Shown: positions 1 through 11,885, numbered from the stretch's first letter. The stretch is 64,000 nt of DNA from Octopus vulgaris (GCA_951406725.2 OX597818.1:87172001-87236000); one strand, 5' to 3'. Numbers and translations: made by a program. The notes: a model not told the origin generated them from the letters alone.

Positions 1-339
1 GCCCCAGTTTTATGAATTGTAGAGCTCACAATAGACTTAAGTTCTCTTACAAAGAAAGACAAGCTTTTAAATCTTTATAATGGGTGCTAATTTGTGGCAT
101 TCGTTCCTTTCTCAAGGTCATTTATAGAAATAGTATCAAAGTCAAATAATTGCAGCTGAGAAATAAAACTCAGTTCTGGAATTATCTGCCAGGATCTTTT
201 ATCTTTATCCTTGTTTGGATTATTTCTATGTTTAGTAATTGATCCAGTCATTATGCTGAGGCCATTCTAAGGCACTACTCTGAAGGATTTTAGTTGAATT
301 GTTTTATGTCCTCTTGAAGTGACTCTAACAGCAAAGTCT

Positions 340-981
340 TCTAGTATGCTGACTGACTAATAAAGTATGCACTGAGAGGTGTGTGGAACCGTTATTTTCC
401 ATCAACAAGATAAATAGATAAAAGATAATTGGAACAAACAATAACCCCATTCAGATGAACAAGGCAAGATTTGCTAGTCAACAGAAATACCATCATGGGA
501 GAATGCTAAATGGTGATGAAGCTCCTCTCTTTAAAGCTAGTGACACAGATGCATTAAACAACAGGAATCACAGATGTAAAAATGATGATCCTTGAATAGT
601 CTTTGTTCTCAAAACAAATCTATGACTGTTGACATTCTTATGTGGAACTGTGTAACAGAAGCATTGTGGGATACTGTGGAGAAGGTTCAGCGATTCATTT
701 GGATGAATGGCTTGCATATGGTAATTTAAATGTTATGAGTTATTGCCATCTTACTGTGAACTCAAGAAAATTATGTGGATCAAGTGGCAGGAATACACTC
801 ACAGGCTACTGAACAATCATGTTTGGATGACAAAAACAAGGATTTTAAGGAAAATATGAGGCGTTGGTAGTGAGCTTTTCTAGTCACACCTTGTGATCAC
901 ATTTACTGGAAAGAACTGAGAAAAGATGCTGCAGATTCATTTGTGGAATTCCTAAATGGTATATGAAGTGTGTATCATTAA
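340..981 (+). pseudogene. Decayed Merlin / IS1595 (ISXO2)-like DDE transposase with stops and frameshifts; probably extends toward or beyond the window start
   Basis: Hand translation gives ordered motifs: TD**SMH*EVC (~352-386), KIIGTNNNPIQMNKARFASQQKYHHGRML (from 422), NRNH...DP*IVF, EGSAIHLDEWLAYGNLNVMSYCHLTVN (from 672), frameshift, QENYVDQVAGIHSQATEQ, then SHL..DHIYW...DSFVEFLNGI*SVYH*. These match Merlin-type motifs DW..CREVC, IGG...VQIDE...KYNRGR, PGS.IHSDEW.AY, H.TVNHS.NFVDP.TG.HTQ.IE. Confidence 0.8.
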
Positions 982-1014
982 GGGAATTAAATTGTTTATA
1001 CCTGTAATCTATGT

Positions 1015-1270
1015 CATCATCATCATCATTCTTTAATGTCTATTTTCCATGCTGGCACGGGTTGGCTGGTTTGATCAGAACTAGCAAGCAGGAGAGCTGC
1101 ACCCGGTTCCAATCTGATTCGGCTTGGTTTCTACGTCTGGATGCTCTTACTAATGCCAACCCCTTTACAATGTGATGGTTGCCTCTTACATGACACCCGC
1201 ACAGGTGCTTTTGTGTAACACTGACACTACTGTTCTCTGTGTGACGTTTGCACAGGTTTCTTGAAGACCA
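1015..1270 (-). mobile_element. Retroposon family C copy ((GAT)n-tailed, RTE-like 3' end)
   Basis: (CAT)n tail followed by TTTCCATGCTGGCACGGGTTGG...CTGGATGCTCTTACTAATGCCAACC, homologous to the copies at 8423, 13235, 54510, 57140 and 61745. Confidence 0.75.
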
Positions 1271-1449
1271 ATCCTCTTCAGCAGGGACGGCAGCAATAAC
1301 ACTTTTGCTGTGGAGGACAGGTCTTTATGTCATTAATAATAAGACATTATCCAACATTACTGAACTTGTGTTTATCGTCCTACAGCATAAAGTTCTTGTA
1401 GTGGAGGTAGACAGCATGCTGAAGTGTAAATGTGCAAGTTGATTACGCC

Positions 1450-1625
1450 CTGAAATGTAAGAGTGGAGGTAGTTTGCAAGCTAAAGTGGGACCCTTTATT
1501 GACCTTGGAAGGGTGAAAGGCAAAGTCATTCTCAATGGGATTTGAACTCAGAATGTCAAGGACACTTGTAATTACCACAAGGCATTTTAACCAACATTGT
1601 ACTGATCTGATTCTGCGAATCCACT
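1450..1625 (-). mobile_element. Degenerate SINE family A copy
   Basis: GAAAGGCAAAGTC and ATTTGAACTCAGAATGT are the reverse complement of the family A core and B-box. Confidence 0.65.
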
Positions 1626-2139
1626 GCATTATATGACCAACGACGGTGGGGAGGGACCTCTATGCAGATGTGCAGCCTGCTTCAAATTAAACCCAAATGG
1701 GGTGGGGTGGGGTGGCATTGTGGCCCAAGATGCACGATGCTCTATGTCCAAACAAATGATCTGATGGTTACTGTTGGAACATTTGTTGATCATAGGTCTG
1801 CTTGTGGATATGACCTAGGGTTGAATATCAATGCTATTTTCATTAATACTTCTCTGTACAGTACATCACTCTCAACACCATTACAACGTTAACACCACTA
1901 ATGGCATTGCTGCAAACAATATTGTTCTATGTTTGACTTTGAGTCTGCATTGTGTGTGTGTATGTGTGTAGCTACATGTACGTACGAGCAGTATATCTAC
2001 TTTTCTTTATGTGTATTACTTTAAGCTAACATATCTGGGTATAAGTCTGTGTGTATGTGTAAATGTCAATAGATCTACATATACGTACATCACTAGACAA
2101 CCTACAGCAATATTTCAAGATTTCATATCTTGTTATGTA

Positions 2140-3060
2140 GGTCTGTCTTTCTCTCTCTCACACACATTTACATACAGAACCTCATTTTCTCTATCAATTA
2201 TCTCAGCTCTCTCTCTCTCTCTCTCTTTCTCCCTATCTATCTTTATTCTTTTTCCCTACCCTTTTCTCACCCATCTACATCTCAATCTCTTCTCCTACAC
2301 CAACATCTAACTTGCCTGCTTTTCCTCCACCTCACTGAAGCTGTTCATGCCTCACCGACATCAACCCCCACATTACAGATGACTGCTGCAAATGTGTGTG
2401 TTTATATAGTGGTGGCCCCTTCACTCTAACCTCTCTCCCAATATAGCCCTTATTTACACTCTGTGCCCCCTCCATTCTCTCTCTTTCTTTCTTAACTATC
2501 TCTCTTCTTCCTCCCATTTATGCATATGTTTTACTCTATCTGTTCTCTCTATTTTCTTTCACTTCTCTTTTCCTCTCGTATCCTTGTCTGTTTTGCTTTC
2601 TCTTTCTCTCATTCCTACCTCCTCTAGTTCTGTTTATCTATCTCTCCTACTACTCCTCTTTACCACAGCCCCCTCTCTCTCTCTTTCGTCTATGTTATTT
2701 TTCTCACTTTCTCTTACATTCCTACCCTCATAGTTCCTTTTATCTATCTATTTCTATTCCTCCTCTCAACTACAGCATAGTCTCTTCCTCCTCTTCCCTC
2801 GACTCTCTTGTTTCTCTCTCACTCTCTCTATATTTCACTACACTCTCACTTCTACGCACGTAGTTGCCTTTATCTATCTCTCCCTCCCTCCTGTCTTCGT
2901 CTATCTTTATCCTCCTTCTCCCCCTCCTATCTACTTTATCTACATCTCTAATCGTCTCTCTTCTTCTCTTATCCTCTCTATCCTCTCACTCCATCTGTCT
3001 CCCACCATCGCTAAACATACACCCCCTCACCCCCCACCTTTCCCGCCTTCAAGCTCGGAC
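2140..3060. repeat. Polypyrimidine (CT-rich) low-complexity tract, ~0.9 kb
   Basis: Near-continuous C/T sequence with (CT)n and (CTAT) runs. Confidence 0.85.
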
Positions 3061-3463
3061 ATCTCCAGTTCTACTACCACCGCTACTACTACAACTACTA
3101 TTACCATAGCTACTGCTGCTCCATTTACTATTGGACTCTATCTACCTGACAACTAACGTAAGTCTTTTGCTTTTATATTTAAACATTTGGTAAAAGTTGG
3201 AATGGGAGAGAGAGACGGGATAGGATGATCCTCCAAGCCCGAATATGTCTCCGTGTCCTGAATGGTGAGGGTTAGGGTAAAGATATTTACGTCCCTCTTT
3301 GCTCAACATCACGATTAATTCTAGGGGCTGCCCCTCGACCATGTTATTCCGTAACTAGTTATGCTGTTTTGGGCATGTGTCTCGGTCTGTGATGATGTTT
3401 ACTTCTGTGTGTGTGTGTGTTTGTATGTGTATTAGTATTGTCCATCTGTGTGTGTATGTATGT

Positions 3464-3565
<102 letters not shown>

Positions 3566-3682
3566 GTCTGTCTATTTATCTTTCTATTTATCTGTCTGTC
3601 TATATGTAGTTCTGTTTCCTCTTTCGTGTGTATGTTGGTGTTTGAATGTAGTTATGTATACATATTAATGTCTCTAATATGT

Positions 3683-3885
3683 TGTTGTTTAACCCTAAGA
3701 CAGTCCTGATCAGGCAGATCTATGAGGAAAAGTTTTCCAACCGTGACCCTTCTCTTTCTTTTCAACATAGTGAATCTAAGACTTTATACTTTCTTTCTTT
3801 CCTTTTAAACTCTAACATTGATTCAAAGGAAATTTGGTTATTTCTAGCACGTCGATCGAACACTTAGAGACTCCCTCCGTTGGCT
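3683..3885 (+). mobile_element. Old dispersed repeat family F; further copies ~5955-6160, 16240-16570, 36078-36250, 37695-37885, 49800-50000, 57735-57950, 60620-60820 (+) and ~1740-1830, 18780-18995, 29700-29850 (-)
   Basis: Recurrent blocks GTTGTTTAGCCCCAGGTCAG..GATC..GCAGACCTATGATCAAAG and GATTTGAGGGAGATTTGGCTGCTATTTCTAGCAGGTCGAG; class not determined. Confidence 0.6.
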
Positions 3886-4416
3886 CCTGTATTTGTTATT
3901 TGTGTGTGTATAGCTTTCATAAGTGTGTTTATGTAACTAGACGCATGTTGATGTATTTATGTATCTGTGTTGTTATATGTATCCGTATGTATGTTGATAT
4001 ATTTGCGTTAATGTTATGCTGTGTCTGTGTGTATGCTATATTTTTCTCTGTATGTTTGAAGTTTGGTGTGGGTATACATCTCTTTGTTATTTATATGTGT
4101 AGATAGAAAGATAAATTGATAGTGTATATATAAATATATTGATACTCCCACCACACATACACACACACATTTATGTAAATATTTGTATATAAAATATGTA
4201 TATATATTGAGATCCTTCTAACTTGTATATAGATATGTATCTATATTGATATCTGTGTGTGTATGTATGTATGTGTGTGTGTGTGTGTGTGTGTGCCAAC
4301 AAGTATTAATTCATCATATGTATATATAGTTGACGAAAACTTACGGACCATGTTATATATGTTTGTACATACACGTGTGTATGTGTGTATGTTAATATGA
4401 TTTCTGAATGCCATAT

Positions 4417-4468
<52 letters not shown>

Positions 4469-4740
4469 TATATATTTCCTTGTTCTATCCAACCGTTTAA
4501 CATCTCTCTCTCTCTCTCTCTCATCCACTCATACATACAAAAAAAGCTAATTTGTTACATTTCATCGTGATTTTTTTTATTTATTTCGTCCCCCCCCCCG
4601 CCACGCCGCCATCCATATACCACTGGTGTCTGATGTGTTTGTCTATTCACTAATGCACAGACATGCACGTATTACTGCCTATTACATTATTATGTACACA
4701 AATGTGCGTGCCTGTTTTGTATACATGCATGCATGCATCC

Positions 4741-4777
<37 letters not shown>

Positions 4778-5152
4778 AATACACATTGATATTACATTCA
4801 TACACATACACTCTTGGCACCATACAGAATATTGTTTGTATGGTGAAGTTGCATGCTACTACTACTACTACTACCACCACCACCACCACCCCTACCACAA
4901 CACCACCACCACCAGCATCCTGTTGTTATTACCTCCTCCCCCACTCTCATTTACTGTTATGTAGTTTCGACTATCATGCACTGGCTACCACTTCATATTG
5001 GCACAGCTACCTTTTCCAGCCCTACATAGTGTCATTAGCACAACCACTCAAGCCAGTCCTTCTAGATATAGCAGCCAAATTTTCTCTCAAATTTCATGAA
5101 GAAATGGACAATTATAGTCATATGTGTGTGTAACTATATGTATGCATGTGTG

Positions 5153-5186
<34 letters not shown>

Positions 5187-5192
5187 CAAATA

Positions 5193-5240
<48 letters not shown>

Positions 5241-5252
5241 AATATGTGTAGT

Positions 5253-5295
<43 letters not shown>

Positions 5296-5361
5296 ATATA
5301 AACAAGTTTAAAATAATAATCATCATCATCATTACATATTATTCCTTTATTGGAGCAAATG

Positions 5362-5486
5362 TGGCTTACAGCTGTTTCCAGTAGTCATTATAGGTGCATT
5401 ACTGATAGTGTTACTCAACTGGTTTATTGATCAATTGAGAAAAAGTGAATGACCTAAGAAAATTAACGTTACTTTCATCAGAGCCA
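5362..5486 (-). ncRNA. Type-I hammerhead ribozyme motif with long stem-II insert, in a Penelope-like fragment; degenerate paralog at ~14365-14480
   Basis: Minus strand reads TGGCT-CTGATGA-a-AGTA...(~95 nt in total)...TACT-g-GAAA-CAGCTG-TA-AGCCA: 5-bp stem I, intact core boxes, palindromic stem III, GUA triplet. Confidence 0.65.
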
Positions 5487-5507
5487 TATATAATATATAT
5501 ATATATA

Positions 5508-5709
5508 CTTTATTATAAGCAGCAGAAAATTCAACAAAATCTGTTACTCTGAGTTTCTCGTTGCCGTTCATCAGACGAACGGCAACGAGAAACTCAGAGT
5601 AACAGATTTTGTTGAATTTTCTGCTGCTTAAAATAAAGCATATTACTCTACCACTGGTATTTGAGTACTCTTTTTTCCACCTTGTTTCACATTTATGTGT
5701 TTACTCCGG
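5508..5709. mobile_element. Palindromic Penelope-like mini-element P1 in (TA)n; inverted arms of ~62 bp (5508-5638); HHR on minus strand 5541-5576
   Basis: Near-perfect inverted repeat. Minus strand reads CTGATGA-ACG-GCAA-CGA-GAAA-CTCAGAG-TA-ACAG. The unique tail 5640-5709 recurs reversed at 25183-25255. Confidence 0.75.
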
Positions 5710-6633
5710 TATATATATATATATATACATACATACATATATATACAGAGAGAGATGAACAGATGTACAGATGTGATGGTAACAGGCAGAATGGCTTTGA
5801 TCGTAATTCTGCATGATTAGGGATGGCATGCATTAAACAACATCTGCTGCAACTGCAGCTGCAAATTCCTTGCTACTACTACTACTGCTGCTGCTATTAC
5901 TACTGCTACCATATTGCCACTGCTTTCTACACCATGTTATGAAACCAATATAGCTGTTGTTGTTTAGCTTCTGGTCAGATCCATAATCAAAATGTTCCAG
6001 TTGTAACTGTGCTGTCTTATTGCTTCTTCACAGGGAGTAGGGTTTATGTAAAAAAAACAATTACATTATCAGAATATTGTTTTCTTACGTAAAACAGTAG
6101 GGTGTGATATAAGGGAGATCAGACTGCTGTTTCTAGCATTTCGTGTGACTACATAGAGTGAGGGAGCCGGGCACTCTTATCTCATGATGGTTGTTGTACA
6201 GAAGCTGACATGCATGTATGTATGTGTGTGAGCTGTGGGATAGTGGGTTATAAAAGTACAATTAAATATCACATCTTATAGTGATACTACACAGCTGTTA
6301 TGACATGTATATTTACCGAATATACTATCCACATGAGTTGTGAGCTGTCAGGACACTGCATCCTTTAAAAATTCCATGCTTTCCAAAATTCGCCAACGCT
6401 TCTCCTAACATGCCTCTGTACCCTTTCTTGTTTATTACTCCGTCACTCTTCCTTTTCCATCTTTTTTCTGTTTTATTCTGTGTACTTATAATGTGCATGC
6501 ATTTTTAGCTATCATTGCTGTCTTTCTTTTCTCATTACTGCTATGCTTTCTGTCCCTTCTTTAATACTTTTTCTGGTGGGTTGTATTGCACATGAGCACT
6601 CTATGTAATAAGTTTATTATTATTATTATTATT

Positions 6634-6865
6634 AAGGCGGCAAGCTGGCAGAATTGCTAGCATACCAGGCATGCCAGGCAAAATGCTTAACGACAAGTTC
6701 TCCGATTTTATATTCTGGGTTCAAATTCCACTGCAGTCGACTTTGCCTTTCATCTTTTTGGGGGTCGATAAATTAAGTATCAGTGAAACACTAGGGGCGA
6801 TATAATTGACTAGTTCCCCTCCCCTCCAAATTTGAGGCCTTGTGTCTATAATAGAAAGAATAATT
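6634..6865 (+). mobile_element. tRNA-derived SINE family A, full length
   Basis: AAGGCGGCAAGCTGGCAGAA head (A-box-like), GGGTTCAAATTCC B-box, central GACTTTGCCTTTCATC...GGGGTCGATAAATTAAGTA domain, (TTA)n flanks and tail. Confidence 0.85.
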
Positions 6866-7149
6866 ATTATCATTATTATTAACCATCCTCTATTTCGGCT
6901 GATATATTCATCACTCATTATTGTTATTAATATACCTTGGTGGAAATATTACAGCATTGTTGCTTGCTGAGTGTAATAATATCAATTAATAAATTAATAA
7001 CGAAAGAAAAGAAGTTACATATTCTGATGAATCGATAAGAAGTTGCACTGGCACCCACTCTGACTGCACAGTTTCTTTTAACCAAAACACTTATAAGCCA
7101 ATGAATGTGATTACGTAACTTGTTCTCTTGTTATTCATTCATTCATTAA

Positions 7150-7600
7150 TATTGGTTTCAAATTTTGGCACAAGGCCAGCAATTATTTGTGGTGGAGAGA
7201 GGGTAAATCAATTATGCTGACCCCAGTGCTCAACTGGTATTTATTTTATTGCTCCTCAAAAGGATGAAAGCCAATGTTGACTTGGGCAGAATTTGAACTC
7301 TGAGCATAAAGATGGTCAAACTGCTGCTAAGCATTTTTTGCCAGCATGGTAACAATTCTGCCAGCTCGACACCTTAATAATAATAATAATAATAATCCTT
7401 TCTAAAAAAGGCACAGGGCTTGAAATTTTACAAGAAGAGCCCAGTCGATTAGATCAACCTCAGTATGCAACTGGTACTTAATTTATCGACCCTGAATGGA
7501 TGAAAGGCAAAGTCGACCTCGGCGGAATTTGAACTCAGAACATAAATGCCTCTAAGTATTCTGCCCTGCTTGCTAACGATTCTGCCAGATTGCCACCTTC
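7150..7600 (-). mobile_element. Two head-to-tail SINE A copies (~7150-7378 and ~7395-7600)
   Basis: Reverse-complement A core twice (GGATGAAAGGCAAAGTCGACCTCGGCGGAATTTGAACTCAG), separated by (TAA)n. Confidence 0.85.
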
Positions 7601-7981
7601 ACTTATTAATTAATATTACAACTCTTTTATCAACACCTGGTATATATAAGATTCCAGGCCACGGAACAGCAATGAATTCATACCACCTCGCTGCCATAGC
7701 TTAGTAATACTGTGTATGGCAATAAGTATATGGAGTCTCTAATAACCGATTATATTGATCCTTTGTATGTGTGCATGTATCATAAAAAGATAATAAAACA
7801 AGCGAGCTTTAGTGTTTGTGTATTTGAAAGGAACTTATATGACTCTACCATGACTCAACAATTATAGATTTCATAACTTTGTCTCGGATCGAATCACTTT
7901 ACTTGTATTTACTACTCGGAGGTCTTGATAGTGTGTGTGTGTGTAATGTTTAGGTAATAAAAATATATAGATATATTAAGG

Positions 7982-8408
7982 TACAGGTGTGGCTGTGTGG
8001 TAAGAAGCTTGCTTTCCAATCACATGGTTCCGCGTACAGTTCCACTGCATGGCACCTTAGCCATGTGTCTTTTTTTCTGCTATTGCCTTGGGCTGTTCAA
8101 AGCTTTGTAAATGGTTTTGGTAGATGGAAACTGAAAGAAGCCCGTCATAGATATATATATATATATATATTTATATATGTTTATGTGTGTGTGTGCCTTT
8201 GTGTTTGTACTCCTGCCAACACTTGACAACTGACGCTGGTGTGTTTATGTCCCTGTAATCTAGTGGTTCGGCAAAAGGGACTGATAGAATAAGTACTAGG
8301 CTTACAAATAATAAGCCCTGGGGTTGATCTCTTCAGCTAAAACCCTTTAAGGTCATTCTCCATCATAGCTACACTCAAGTGACTGAAGCAAGTAAAAGAA
8401 TAAAAGAA
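7982..8408 (+). mobile_element. tRNA-derived SINE family B, full length with internal microsatellite
   Basis: GTGGCTGTGTGGTAAGAAGCTTGC head, GGAAACTGAAAGAAGCCCGTC, internal (TA)n/(TG)n, GATAGAATAAGTACTAGGCTTACAAA, GACTGAAGCAAGTAAAAGA tail. Confidence 0.9.
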
Positions 8409-8422
8409 TATTTATATAAAGA

Positions 8423-8720
8423 TCATCATCATCATCGTTTAACGTATGCTTTCCATGCTAGCATGGGTTGGACGATTTGACTGAGGACTGGCGAACCAGA
8501 TGGCTGCACCAGGCTTCAATCTTGATCTGGACAAATTTCTACAGCTGGATGCCCTTCCTAACGCTGACCACTCCGAGAGTGTAGTTGATGCTTTTACGTG
8601 CCACTGGCACGAGCGCCAGTCAGGCGGTACCGGCAGCAGCCACGCTCAAATGGTGTTTTTTATGTGCCACCTGCACAGGAGCCAGTCCAGCAACACTGGC
8701 AATGACCTCACTTGAATGTT
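8423..8720 (-). mobile_element. Retroposon family C copy
   Basis: (CAT)n-CGTTTAACG...TTTCTACAGCTGGATGCCCTTCCTAACGC...TTTTACGTGCCAC. Confidence 0.85.
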
Positions 8721-8744
8721 TTTTTATGTATGTATATATATATA

Positions 8745-8947
8745 AAGTTAATCCAAGCATGAAAACACAAAGAGAAAACACGACAACGCAAGGACGTGGA
8801 ACAAATATAGTATTATTGGACGCTCAGGAAAGAAGGAGGGTTTAACGTTTCGAGCGGAGCTCTTCGTCGGAAACATAGGAGAAGGAAAGATCCAGAGAAG
8901 GGAAGACAGAGAGAAAAAAATCGCCAACGGTACACACGCGGTCACAC
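8745..8947 (-). mobile_element. Penelope-like fragment family P2 in (TA)n, with minimal HHR at 8840-8874
   Basis: Minus strand reads GTTT-CCGACGA-A-GAGC-TCC-GCTC-GAAA-CG-TT-AAAC; homologs at ~24930-25130, ~47880-48135 and ~61432-61620. Confidence 0.65.
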
Positions 8948-9109
8948 ATATATATACATATATATATGGAGAGAGAGAGGGAGAGAAATATATGTAGACA
9001 AATATATAGATATAGATATATATATATATAGAGAGAGAGATAAATGTAATATATATTTTTTTTCTAGAAGACCTGCACTTATATATATTTATATTCTAGA
9101 AGACACATG

Positions 9110-9142
<33 letters not shown>

Positions 9143-9708
9143 CCTAGAAGACACACACGCATATGTACTCGCACATGCACACGTGTATGAAGTGTATTGC
9201 TTGGCTGATATAGCATATTTCTACAACTAGCTGGTCCAGTTTATTTTTGTAGTTCCACTGCCTCTGTTTACTACCTGCTTGATGTGTTGTTCGTGCACCC
9301 CTGCCCCCCTCTCTCTGTCTCTCCCCCCCTCTCTCTCCTTCTCTGCCCAAGCCCCCTCCTCCCCCAGCTCCCACTATCTCTAGACGTACATCCACCCACT
9401 CAACTGATTCTACCCGCACCGCACACATTCCACAGAGAGGTGGAAGATGAATCAGACAGTTGCATCCCCCGTCCCCTTCCCTCTCACTTTTGTTATATAG
9501 ACAATGAATGCTAATTAGCCAGCCAGCCAATTGGCCACCACCCCTTTCATTTACATGCAGGCATGCTTCCTTCTCTTACTCTTGTATATCGTGCTGTCTT
9601 GCAACATGTATATGCATACACACAACATGTTTGTTATGTATACACACACATGTATATAGTTCTTCTCTGTATACATGGTATATATTTTGTGTGCTGTAGT
9701 ATGAGCTG

Positions 9709-10088
9709 TACTCTTTTACTTGTTTCAGTCATTTGACTTTGGCCATGCTGGAGCACCGCCTTTAGTCGAGCAAATTAACCCCAGGACTTACTCTTTGTAA
9801 GCCTAGTACTTATTCTATCATACTCTTTTGCTGAACCACTAAGTTACGGGGACGTAAACACACCAGCATCGGTTGTCAAGCCATGCTGGGGGGGCAAACA
9901 CAGACACACAATCATATACACATGTGTGTGTGTGTATATATATATATATAATATATGATGGGCTTCTTTCAGTTTCCGTCTACCAAATCTACTCACAAGG
10001 CTTTGCCCAAGGTGCCATGCAGTGAGACTGAACCCGGAACCATGTGGTTCGTAAGCAATCTACTTACCACACAGCCACTCCCACACCT
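9709..10088 (-). mobile_element. SINE family B
   Basis: TACTCTTTTACTTGTTTCAGTCATTTGAC...ACTTACCACACAGCCACTCC is the reverse complement of family B. Confidence 0.9.
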
Positions 10089-10506
10089 AAGGTTTGTTAT
10101 GCCTAGTTAGTGTGGGTATGCTCTGTGGCATGCAATGTATGCTGTGTGGGGTGTGTGTGTGTTCATGAATCAAAGCCTAGAGTTTCAATCTGAGCAGAAA
10201 AATCAGTCATATTTTGTTTGAATCTGACAAAAAAAGGACCCTAATTTTTGAGTGGTTACTATAGTTGTGCTTTTGCATGATATAATAATCTTTCTGTTGT
10301 TTTTGTTGCCGTTTAATCTTAGGTAATCCTTAATAGAGCAGACCAACAATGAAGGACATTCATACACTCGGTATGTTGGCATTAGGAAGGCCATCCAGCC
10401 ATAGAAAATCATGCCAAATCAGACAGTGAAGCCCTAGTGCAACCTTCTGGCTTTCCAGTTCCTGTCAAACTGTCCAACCCATGCCAACATAGAGAATCAT
10501 TATTAA

Positions 10507-10707
10507 CCCTTTTGTTACCATGCTCTGGTTCTGAGTACAAATGTCTTATTTTCAAGTTCTGAATTAAAATCTTCCACCAAACATTAGTCACAATTTATGT
10601 TCCTAACACTAGCTGAATGATAACTAAGTTATTTTACTAAATTCTTTGTTATATTTAAAATCAATTGAAAGAAACACAGAGCATCTCAAAATACAGTAAC
10701 AAAAGGG
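10507..10707. mobile_element. piggyBac-type MITE (D1) inserted in the tail of a family C copy (~10370-10725)
   Basis: TTAA TSDs at 10503-06 and 10708-11; TIRs CCCTTTTGTTAC / GTAACAAAAGGG. Confidence 0.85.
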
Positions 10708-11058
10708 TTAAATGATGAAGATGGCAATGACCTGACTATATACCATGTGATCAACCAGACTATCAGGTGTTGTTACGCATTGCTGGTCACAATGTGCTTT
10801 GCATCGTTTTAGCTTTCAAATGAGGTCACCACTCTAGTGAGTAGAGGCATGTCGCTTAGTGGTTAGCATGCTGGACTCATGATCGTAAGGTTGTGGTTTA
10901 AACTGAACCTAAAACTGTGTGGTTGCACTGCAAGCTTCTTATCCACACACCCATGCTTGCACCGTCAACAAGTCACATATTGTAACATTTGATTTATTGG
11001 TAAATTAGAAGCTACAGCTACAGGTGGGTAATAGACAATTCTTTTTATCTGTCTAGAG

Positions 11059-11332
11059 CAGGCTTGGCCAACTCAAATTACATTGCGGGCCACTTTCAAT
11101 CACAGAAAGTATACTGACAGAATTGAAAGCATTTTGCTTTGTCATGCTATTATTACAATAACGAATGAACGATCGTTGATTGAAGATGAAATATCATCAT
11201 TGCAAAAACAGTAGTATCTTTCTTTTTTACTTTTCATTACAATCTTTAATTTTTCATCAAATTTTTTAAATGTTTGTTGAAATAAACCCACTTCGAGAAA
11301 GTATCAAGTGGGTTTCAGGTTGGCCAGCTCTG
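11059..11332. mobile_element. hAT (Charlie-like) MITE
   Basis: 8-bp TSD GTCTAGAG / GTTTAGAG; imperfect TIRs CAGGCTTGGCCAAC / GTTGGCCAGCTCTG. Confidence 0.7.
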
Positions 11333-11347
11333 GTTTAGAGCATCTTA

Positions 11348-11726
11348 CTGTATATACTTGAAGGTAGGTCGCACATTTTTACCAAAAATTTTGATAAAAA
11401 TCAGTGGTGCAACCTATCCACTCTACATCACAGGGATCTGAAATAGATGGCGGTGTATCAGTAGTCAAGTTGATTTATCAATTAGACTACTTTCGTGTAG
11501 GCACTTCCACAAAAATGTTTTAATGTTTGTAAGCAAAATTTTGAAATAAAGGTGAATATTTTATAGTATTTAACAAATATTAGTTATATTTACATTAAAA
11601 AAGGGTCATGTAACTCCCCAGATTATAGTGTGACCTATCTGTGAGTCAACTACAAATACCTACTTTGACAACCCCAAACTAAGGATGTGGCTTATCCACT
11701 GGTGCAACTTATCTGAGTATATACAG
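11348..11726. mobile_element. Tc1/mariner (pogo/Tigger-like) MITE
   Basis: TA TSDs; TIRs CTGTATATACT / AGTATATACAG; internal repeated GGTGCAACCTATCC-like motifs. Confidence 0.7.
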
Positions 11727-11885
11727 TAGATGAAAATAAAACTTTTTTGCACTTGTGATGCATCAAATAAGTGGTAGGTTTAGCAAACCACCTTGTTGGA
11801 CACCAGCACCTGATTTCTTGGTTCTTTCGAAATGGTTTATAGGTTTAATCTGCTTCTCAGTTTGGCAGCGTTACTTGGTCTTTAA

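Noticed and set aside
340-981. Bacterial IS1595 contamination or recent horizontal transfer
   Set aside because: Heavily decayed, host-like AT content and contiguous with host retroposons; best explained as an old eukaryotic Merlin element
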